Below, piece after piece: positions 16,307-25,400 of a stretch of DNA of 31,753 bases. The notes beneath the pieces are model-generated. The model saw only the letters and a list, made by a program, of their open reading frames with translations. It made no database searches and was not told the DNA's origin. The translations under genes were made by a program, and so were the position numbers. Location: the IMG/VR virus record IMGVR_UViG_3300032232_000441, positions 1 through 31,753 of that record. The stretch is one strand, 5' to 3'. How positions within the stretch are numbered: position 1 is the stretch's first letter; every line of letters begins with the position of its first letter. This stretch comes from a virus. Taxonomy: Duplodnaviria > Caudoviricetes.

Positions 16307-19153
16307 ATGACAAGTTTTGACTTGCTCAATGCCGTACTGCCACCCGAAGGTCGGTACTGCGCTTGGGGAAACGGACGCTACATCAGTCAGAAGTTCTTCA
16401 CATCTCGCACAGAGTTTGACGAGAACATCAAGTGGCTAGTTGATAACAACTTTGATGCCTACTTTGGCTGCGCCAAGTATGGCGAGGCCGAGAACCGCAA
16501 GCAATCCAACGCGCACTTTTTTAAGTCGATATGGATGGATATTGATTGCGGCGAAGAAAAGGCTAAGCCCGACAAGGATGGCAAGATCAAGGGGTATATC
16601 GATCAGTCTACTGGGTTTAAAGCAGTCAAGGCATTTATTAAGAAGCACTCCTTGCCCCGACCAATCGTGGTCAATTCTGGGTACGGGCTGCATTTTTATT
16701 GGCCCTTGGATACGGTTGTGCGACGCAACGAGTGGGAAGCTCTAGCCCATAGGCTACGTGACCTTGCACTTGAAGATAATCTGATTGTAGATACTTCAGT
16801 ATTTGAAGCATCCCGCGTGCTCCGCGTCCCCGGAACGTATAACTTCAAAAACAACCAACGAGCACCCGTTGCGGTGCTAAGTGAGGAGCATGATGTAACG
16901 GCATACGACACATGGAAAACCCTAATCAATGCACCCGAACCCGCCGAAGAACGCGCATACATACCCCGCAGGTTAAGCCCTTTGATGGAGTCGATGATGG
17001 AGAACCGTATCAAGCGGTTCAAAACCATCATGATCAAGTCGGCGAGCGGAGAGGGTTGCAACCAACTGATCTATTGCTACGAGAATCAAGACAGTATCGG
17101 CTACAACTTGTGGCGCTCGGCTTTGTCGGTTGCTACGCACTGCGTGGATCGGGAATCAGCCATCCACAAAATGTCCTCCAAGCACCCTAGTTACCATCCG
17201 GGGGAGACAGAGGAGAAGGCACAAGATATAGGTGGGCCGCACCACTGCACAACATTTGAAAACGAGAACCCCGGTGGTTGTGACGGTTGCCAGCATAGGG
17301 GTAAGTTCAAATCCCCCATCATGCTCGGTGCTGAAGTAGCCAAAGCCGAGGAGTTTGACGACGGGGATGCTGCTGAGGAAGCTGACGGAGCTGACGAAAG
17401 TGTCGGTATTTATCCGAAAAGTTTGCCAGAACCGTATTTCCGAGCCAAGACCGGTGCGCTCTACTACAACGTCCCCTCTGACGATGAGGAAGGACCGAGG
17501 TTGGTCTACGAGAACTTCCTCTACGTAGTCAAGCGCATGGTTGATCCCAATTTGGGAGAAGTAGCACTAGTCCGATTGCACTTGCCACGCGATGGAGTTA
17601 AGGAGTTCCCCATTCCTTTAGCAGCCATAGTAGTAAAAGAGCGGTTGCGGGAAGAGCTAGCCAAGCAAGGGGTGGCAGCGGGTGACGCGCAGATGAAAGC
17701 ACTGATGGCGTACTTAATTACGTACGTCAAGAACCTACAAGTAACTGATAAGGCGGAAACGATGAGAACACAATTTGGTTGGGCCGAAAACGATTCAAAG
17801 ATAATTATTGGTGACCGTGAGATCACCGTAGAAGGTACGTTCTACAGCCCCCCTTCGACCATCACTAAAGATGTTTGCGACATGATGGTGCCGACTGGGA
17901 CGTTGGACAAGTGGAAAGAAGCCTTCAACATGTACAGCAGACCGGGGCTTGAGGCGCAAGCATTCGGTGCGTTGACTGCGTTTGGATCACCGTTGCTCAA
18001 GTTTACTGGGATGAGTGGGGCGATCATTAACTTGATCCACCCTGTGTCCGGTACGGGGAAGACCACCGTACTTTACGTATGCAACAGCGTAATCGGGCAC
18101 CCCAAGAACCTGACTAGTATCTTCAAGGATACATTTAACGCCAAGATCCACCGGCTTGGCGTGCTGAACAACTTTGCCAATACCCTTGACGAGATTACAA
18201 ATACGTCGGCAATGGAGTTCTCCGATCTGGCTTACAGCATCAGCCAAGGTCGCGGCAAGAACAAGATGAAGTCCCAAGTCAACGAGCAACGGGTCAACTT
18301 GACCAGTTGGCAGGGCATCACTTTGTGTTCGTCAAACGCTAGCTTCTACGAGAAGTTGGGGATCGCCAAGGACTCCCCCGACGGTGAGTCAATGCGCTTA
18401 CTTGAATACCACATTAAACCCAGTAGCATCATCAGCACCAGTGAAGGTAAGGAGATGTTCGACCACCAACTGCTTGAGAACTATGGGCACGCTGGTGATA
18501 TTTACGCTACTTGGTTGGTCAATAACCGAGATGAAGCCATCAGAACTCTTCGGCAAATCCAAGCTCGGATCGATCACGATGTACAGTTCACCAGCCGTGA
18601 GCGGTTCTGGTCAGCTACAGCAGCGGCTAACATCACCGGTGGTTTGATCTCCAAGGCGCTCGGCTTACATAACTACGACATGAAGGCCATATACAAGTGG
18701 ATGATTGAGATGCTCAAGGTCATGCGTGAGAACGTAGCGATCCCAGCACCAGATATGTCCAACGTACTCGGCGAGTTTGTTAACGCCCATATCAACAACG
18801 TGGTTGTGGTCAACGGTAATATTGATTCACGTACCAGTATGGAAGCAGCACCAATCCTTGAACCTAAGGGGGAGCTACATATCCGCTACGAGCCCGACAC
18901 GAAGAAGATGTACGTTAGCGTGCAGTCGTTCCGTAAATATTGCGCCGAGCGGCAAGTCAACTACCGTAACTTTGTAGAGCAACTTACGGGCAAAGGCATC
19001 CTGACGGTTATCGCCAACAAGCGCCTATCAAAAGGGATGCGAATCGTAGCCCCAGCGGTTCGGGCGATTGAGCTGGATACGACCAAGGATGAGTTCCTCC
19101 ACATGGATGAGTTTGTGAAGGTTGAAGATGGAGATAGAAACCGTTCAGTATAG
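16307..19153 (+). CDS. primase-helicase fusion (AEP/RepB-like primase, Cys cluster, DUF927-type helicase)
   Basis: WMDID, NSGYGLHFYW, SRVLRVPGT; C..F...CDGC.H; QFGW, SGTGKT, LDEITN, QGRGK; start reassigned to ATG 16307 because 16259 lies at the hairpin. Confidence 0.85.
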   Translation: MTSFDLLNAVLPPEGRYCAWGNGRYISQKFFTSRTEFDENIKWLVDNNFDAYFGCAKYGEAENRKQSNAHFFKSIWMDIDCGEEKAKPDKDGKIKGYIDQSTGFKAVKAFIKKHSLPRPIVVNSGYGLHFYWPLDTVVRRNEWEALAHRLRDLALEDNLIVDTSVFEASRVLRVPGTYNFKNNQRAPVAVLSEEHDVTAYDTWKTLINAPEPAEERAYIPRRLSPLMESMMENRIKRFKTIMIKSASGEGCNQLIYCYENQDSIGYNLWRSALSVATHCVDRESAIHKMSSKHPSYHPGETEEKAQDIGGPHHCTTFENENPGGCDGCQHRGKFKSPIMLGAEVAKAEEFDDGDAAEEADGADESVGIYPKSLPEPYFRAKTGALYYNVPSDDEEGPRLVYENFLYVVKRMVDPNLGEVALVRLHLPRDGVKEFPIPLAAIVVKERLREELAKQGVAAGDAQMKALMAYLITYVKNLQVTDKAETMRTQFGWAENDSKIIIGDREITVEGTFYSPPSTITKDVCDMMVPTGTLDKWKEAFNMYSRPGLEAQAFGALTAFGSPLLKFTGMSGAIINLIHPVSGTGKTTVLYVCNSVIGHPKNLTSIFKDTFNAKIHRLGVLNNFANTLDEITNTSAMEFSDLAYSISQGRGKNKMKSQVNEQRVNLTSWQGITLCSSNASFYEKLGIAKDSPDGESMRLLEYHIKPSSIISTSEGKEMFDHQLLENYGHAGDIYATWLVNNRDEAIRTLRQIQARIDHDVQFTSRERFWSATAAANITGGLISKALGLHNYDMKAIYKWMIEMLKVMRENVAIPAPDMSNVLGEFVNAHINNVVVVNGNIDSRTSMEAAPILEPKGELHIRYEPDTKKMYVSVQSFRKYCAERQVNYRNFVEQLTGKGILTVIANKRLSKGMRIVAPAVRAIELDTTKDEFLHMDEFVKVEDGDRNRSV

Positions 19154-19322
19154 GATTGACTGGACCAAGTTTCGGTTTGGGTCATCCTTCTTCGTACCCT
19201 GTATCAACCACTACGTTGCCCGTAACACAATTGAAGCGTTTTTTAGGCGCTACAAAATAAAGGTGGTGACCAAGTTGATCATCAACGAAGGCATAAAGGG
19301 CCTTCGGGTCTGGCGGGTGTAG
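19128..19322 (+). CDS. hypothetical protein (about 64 aa)
   Basis: IDW.KF..GSSFFVPC...GLRVWR; overlaps the primase end; last gene of the + arm. Confidence 0.7.
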   Translation: MEIETVQYRIDWTKFRFGSSFFVPCINHYVARNTIEAFFRRYKIKVVTKLIINEGIKGLRVWRV

Positions 19323-19379
19323 TGGTATAATTGGTTTTTCGGTGCTTGTGTACTCTCCTCGGTGGGGCGTGCCACCTTC

Positions 19380-19407
19380 AACTCCCGGCTGGACCGGGAG
19401 TTTTTTT
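19380..19407 (+). terminator. intrinsic terminator where the two arms converge
   Basis: AACTCCCGG-ctgga-CCGGGAGTT followed by a T run; abuts the stop codon of the minus-strand giant gene. Confidence 0.85.
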
Positions 19408-22400
19408 ATTCCCCGCGCTTGAGTGTTTTCTCTAGGTTGTCGAGTGCATCGCGCATCACCCTAGCGTTCTTCTCAGTAAGCGCAACACCGGCACGCTCAG
19501 ACCCCCGCAGCTCAGCCCGTTTGAGGATTGAGTTGTAAATATCCTCCTCATCAATAGCGTTCTCGGGGTTCTTACCGTTGAACTTGGGGAGTTCGTTGGC
19601 AATCAACGCATCAAACCGGTCGTAGTTGTCGGTCTTTTGCGCATTTTTGTGCTCAATATTTAAGCGCTTGAGCAAGGTAGCCCGCTCATTCATGACCCGC
19701 TGCTCTACACCACTTAGCTTAAATGCACTTGCTTGAGCAGCAGCAACACGGTCGGGGCGGAAACCAAAAAACTGACCAAACAGTTCGCCATTAGTTAATG
19801 CCTCTTTGGGGATAAGTTCAGATCCACGTGAACTTTCAACTCCCTCTTTACGATATTTATCCCACACCGCTATGTTACGTAGAGCTGAGGGGCTAGCTTT
19901 CTCAATTGCTTTTTGGTAGTCACCCAAGGCGTATGCTTCATAAGCATCAATCATTGAGAGCCCTAAGCTGGCTGTTGGGCCACCAAATTTATCAATTACA
20001 AAAGCGATGAAGCTCTCCCGCGCTGTCTTCATATCTTTGGTATCACGACCCCACAAGTCATTTAATCCAATACGTGAGGCAATGTCCCAACCAGAAATAG
20101 CGTTAATCGGACCTCGATCAATGATGTCAGCTAAGGTGACGTTGCCAATACTTATGTGCCCAAACGTTTCGGGCAGGAACACGGTACGGAACCAAGTTTC
20201 AAAGTCTTTATCTTTTAGTTCATCAGGCAAGTCATCGTCATCAGCCATCTGCTTCCACGCCCAGCCAAGTAGTCCCATGATAGGACTAAAGAAGAGCATG
20301 TTGGATGCACCGGCCAACATTAGCGATGCGCCCATAATCCCAAAGAATTTGGTTGCAGCTTCCTTTTTACCTTCCGCATTCAAGAAAGGCATCATTCTCT
20401 TGAGGCTAGTAAGCGCAAGCAAAGTCATTTGCAACGGGTACATCTTGAACTGGAAGGCAATTCTTCCGAGCCCCTTCTGCATCCAGCGTGGGCGGTTCTC
20501 AATGTTGTAGTCACCAAGCGATTCGTTTACGTCCGATACTGCTTGATCAATTGCTTCATCATTAGTAAGCCCACGCTGCTTACCCAGTCGGTAAGAGGCA
20601 AGATACAGAGCCTCACGCGAGAGCCGCTCGGTATGGTGCATCAACCCACCAATAGCTAAATTAGCTAGGTTTTTACCTGTGCCGACTATGCCTTCTAAAT
20701 TAACATTAGGTGCGCGGGCGTAGCCCCAGACTAAAGAGGAGTACGTGGAATCCTGCACCCCACGTTCAGTCATCTGACGAACTGCTTCGCGTTCGTCGTC
20801 TGGGAGCTTTTCGTTGTTCGCTAGGCTTGGCGCTTTGATGGAAGTAGTACCATCAAGGTTACGTCGCATAATTCCATATTGGTTGACAAACGTCATCATG
20901 CGACCAATTTCCAGCGCGGCACCGGACACATTTCCGTGATTAGCACCAAGCACCCATATGCCGGAAATCAAAGGGCTAAATGGCTGTATCAACGCCGACG
21001 ATGCACTAGACAGATACCAGAGATACGAGAGCTTGTTAGCTGCGCCAGCTACAGCATCAGCAATTCCAGCTTCACGCCCGGACAACGCCGACTCAACTCT
21101 ACGCTGGGCTTCACGCACAATAGGAGTTAGTTCTGGGCGGTCTGACAGTAACGACCTAGCCGCAGTAAGATTGTTGCGTAGGATCGGAGCGTATTTAAGG
21201 CGAGACAGTTGAGTCGCCATCTTCGATGCAGTAGTAGCCGTGTTCCTGACCAAGTCGGTACTGAAACCAGCAATCCCTTTACGATGCACAAACATCTTGC
21301 GGAACGTCTGCTCGGGCATCGTCTGCAAATAGATCTGATAAACCGCGTCCTTCAACCCTTCCTTAACGTCGGACTCGGTCAGGTCTTGGCTATCAATCGC
21401 ATCAAAAAACTCTTTGAGCATGTTGCTCGCATCACGCGAAGCAGTACGCAATGAATTTATATCGTCGCCGACTCTGACTTCACGGTTTGCGTTTACTGAA
21501 CGTAACTGTTTGGCAAACTTATTGCGCTCCCGGCGAGACTCAAACATAAAGAACTGTCGGCTCGGCCCAGCACCAGTAGCCACCCAGAAAGTTCCACGGC
21601 GAACTAACGGGAAGAAAGGTCTAATTGATCCTTCACCTTCGTAAGCGAGTCGGATGGTAGCCATCAGTTTGGCCTTTGCTTCGTCGCTTATACCTTCTAG
21701 ATTGCTGATCTGGTCATCGAGCAGCAGACGATACAGGTCATGCACCCGTTCGTAGTACTCACGTAGCAGTTTGTACGCTTCTTTACCAGCGGGGCTTAGT
21801 GCCCTATAAGCTGCATCAAGTGTGGGTGAGCGTTCTTGCGCTGCAACAATCGACGGGTCAATGCGAGCAAGCGTAGTTTGCAGAACTAGATCTTCAACCT
21901 TTTTTCTTTGGTCTGGCTCAGCGTTGAATGTTTTCTGTAGCGCGGAGATTATCTGCTCTGCCCCCTCCAAGAACTTGGTAGACATACCAGTCATGTTCTG
22001 GAGATTCTTGTGCATATCGTTGAGCATGGGTACTTCTTTACCCATCCACTTAGCCAAGAAGTCAAACGTAGGTAGGCGAACCATCACCTCGCGCTGAGCG
22101 TTCTTCGCCCCTTCCCACATTGCCGGGAATATCTCTAGCATTTGTTTGGGGTCACGGGCAAGCTGCATAAGCTTCACCCCACGAGCTTCTTCCCCAGCAC
22201 GTGATTGCTCTACTGTGATCTGCGCTTTCCTAACCGCGTCATCGATCTCTTCAGCACTTCGTTTGGCTTGGGCGGATACTTGCGTACTTGTACTTTCCAG
22301 CGGGGTGGCTTCCTCTGGTGCTTCCATAAGGTTATGGACTGCAAGGATGAGGTCGGATAGAGCGTTTACTTCACTCTCTTTAATCCCAAAGAAGCTGCGG

Positions 22401-25400
22401 ATATTTTGCACAAACGTAGGGAACAGGTACGTATCTTCATCAAACCCTTCGGTTGATTTCAGGAACTCCTGCATCCGGTCGTCGGTCATGCCGTAGGCAA
22501 CGAACTCCCGAGGATCATCAAAGATATCTCCGTAGTTAGCCAGAGCGGATATTTCTTTGGGTAATTCATCGACCGTCTCTAACTCATTGAACTTGTACCC
22601 AGTAAAGTTCATGATCTCAATCAAGCGCTCAAACGACTTGACTAGCTTAGATTCGAGGTGGATACCTTTATCAATATATTCTTTGGCTAGAGCAATCTTG
22701 TAGTTGGTAGCCCCGTGCAGTAGCTCATGCAGCACCGTAGTGTTATTAGCACCTTGGGACTCACCAAAGGAAGCACCGCGAACGAAGATGGAGCGAATTT
22801 TTGTTTTGTAGTTCTCAATGTACAGCGCACGGGAACGCGCCCATTGCAGTGCATTTTTTGGGCTACGTAATTGGTCAGGTACCGTATCCCCTTCCTCAAC
22901 TACAGTAAATCTTATGTTACCAATTGAACTACGCAGTCGGTTAGCAATAGCTTTTTGCGCCGCAGTGCCAGTCCTAATAATATGGAACAACGCTTTTAAC
23001 CCACTAGTGATACCACTGTATGCTGGGTCTACTGGCTCGGATATAGCTTTACCAGCCGCAGGTAGCGTTTCTTCCCTTAGGTTTACTCTGCTGACAAGCT
23101 CCATCCCCTTTTTAATGTCAGCCTTCTCCTGCTCAGTAATGCCGGGGCTGTTGAGCAGGTCTTTAATACGTTTGTGAATCGGTCGGCCACGGACGATTGG
23201 GTTGGCATCGAGCTTTAGCAGCTCACGTATAGCGGCCTTTCTTGCTGCCCGCTTATCGTCCTCAGCTTCAGCAACTGCTTCGTCGGTCTCAAACGCATCT
23301 TCATTTACGGGAGTAAGCGCATCCTTTAGGTCGGTGGTCAGTTTCTGAACAGCGCGAACTATCTGAGCAAGCGTAGCCCGTTCAGGGGCGTTTTGTTTTT
23401 TCTTTTCCGCTTTTTGTTCTTCAGTCAGCGGCTTGCGCCCACGTTTACCCGCAGGTTGTTGGCTCGCAGCTTTAGCCGCTTTCTGTTCTTCAGTTAGCGG
23501 TGGCCGACCCCGTTTTTTGGGAGCTTCGGCTGCGGCTGGAGCGGGAGGAACAGCAGTTTGAGTTGCGTTGTCCCAAGTATATACACCGTCAGCAACGTGT
23601 TCGCCCGCAAATCTTTTATCGGCAATATCACGAGCTTCTTCTTCCGTCTCAAAAACCCGTTCAACAGCGGGAATACCACGGTCTAACCAATCAAGTCCAA
23701 AGCCACCATCCTCGTACTTAGTTATCCGCAGTGTTGGAGGGGTGGTCTTGGATTGTTTTTTAACTGCTTCGTCAAACGCTTTTAAAGCTACGTCGGTGTA
23801 ATCTCTTTTGCCTTGCTCAACAAGAGCATCTGCAAGGTTTTGACGGTACTCGTCAATAGCTTCTTGTAACGACTCATGAGCATTTCGTTGGTCAAAAGCC
23901 GTACTTACGTATTGACTTGCCATATCGCGTGCGTCGGTTACACGCGCTTCTTCAGCGGCTTGCGCTGCTGCTTGTAATTTATCCGCACCCTTTTGGAATA
24001 AAGCTTCAGCTCTTAAAATTACATTTGGGTTTGTGATACCTCTTTCCCGCATCGTGTCCCGAAGGTTTTCAAAATGCGTGTCAATTGAGTTTTGTAACCC
24101 ACCCCAAAACTCTTGCTGGTCTTCAGCGTCAACGAGCAAATTCTTTGCAAACTTGATGGGGTCAAACTTTTCTTCTACTGGAGTGGGTCGTTCTCCACGA
24201 ATTAAAGCAATTGTCTCTTCTGGGTTAGTTGCAATCCCTGCTTTAAGCCCAGCAAATGCAATCGTATCAACGGCGTTGTTTAGCTCTTGTGGGATGTCCT
24301 GCCAAGTTAACTTTCCTTTTTTGGCGAGTTTGGCTTCTAAAGCACCAGCCCAAAGATCACGATCTTCCGGATCAAGTGACGCTACGCCACTTTGAATTTG
24401 CGACTTTGTTTCTTGGTTTAGTGGAGCGGGCTTTGTTGCTTCTCCAGCAGGAGGCTGTCCAGCATCTTCTGAAGTAGGTACCACTCCGCTTGGCTCAGCT
24501 CCACTAGGTCCTCCGGGGGGGACTCCTGTATCGGAGACGCCAGCCACGCCAGCGCCTTCTCCACTTGGGGTAACGACAGTTCCTGTATCACGTTGTTCTC
24601 CTGCTCCAACTAAAGAATGCCCTCTATACCCAAGCGGCTCAAAAGAATACGCCAACAACTCTGCGTCAGATTTGTCTTTTGCAAACGCAGGTTTGAATTC
24701 TCTAGGAGCTTCATCGGGGGCAATAATGAGTGCGCCTCCGTCAGGAAGCCGTGCAACTCTTACCGAGAAAGTCCCGTTGTCTTCCGTATCAACTTGGTAA
24801 TCTTCTGATGATTTAAATGGGCTACGTCTTTTTGGAGGTTTAGTTGCTGGCGTTTCAACTTTAGGAGCTTCCGCTTCAGCAAGCGCGTCGGCTTCGTCTT
24901 GCTCTTTTATCTGCGCTTCTGCCCGTTGGCGAGCTTCTAGTGGTGGCACACCGGCAGCAATAAATTCATCAGCAACGTCAGCAACCCGCTTCTGGGCTTC
25001 AGAGACTGGGCCCCGCTTGGTGACTTCTGCTTGCAGTAGGTTGACCAGCTCTTCGTTGCGCTCTTCTTCCGGTTTATTTAGTTGAAACTCCAACGTAGCA
25101 CGCACCGCAGCATCGGGCCATGTATCTACCGGAGGCAGTGCATTCTCAGGAGTTCTACCAACCAACTCGGCAATGCGACGAGCTTCCGACATTGGAAAGC
25201 CCATTTTGTTTAGCCGAGCGACTTCCGCTTCAATGTCCCTCTTAGGTGCTGGTGGCGGAGGGGGCGGTGGCGCACCCTCTTCCCTAAATACAGGTTCTTT
25301 ACGCCCAGCGGGGACAATTGTTTCCCATCCTTCACCGATTGTGGGTTCAGTAGGTTTGGTAGGGGCAGCAGGTGGTGTAATCCCCGGCACTCGCCCAGCT

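Noticed and set aside
23494-23679. Another same-strand alternative-frame ORF within the giant gene
   Set aside because: No convincing RBS, L/K-biased shadow composition, and the host frame looks like a normal folded domain over most of it, unlike 24418-24591
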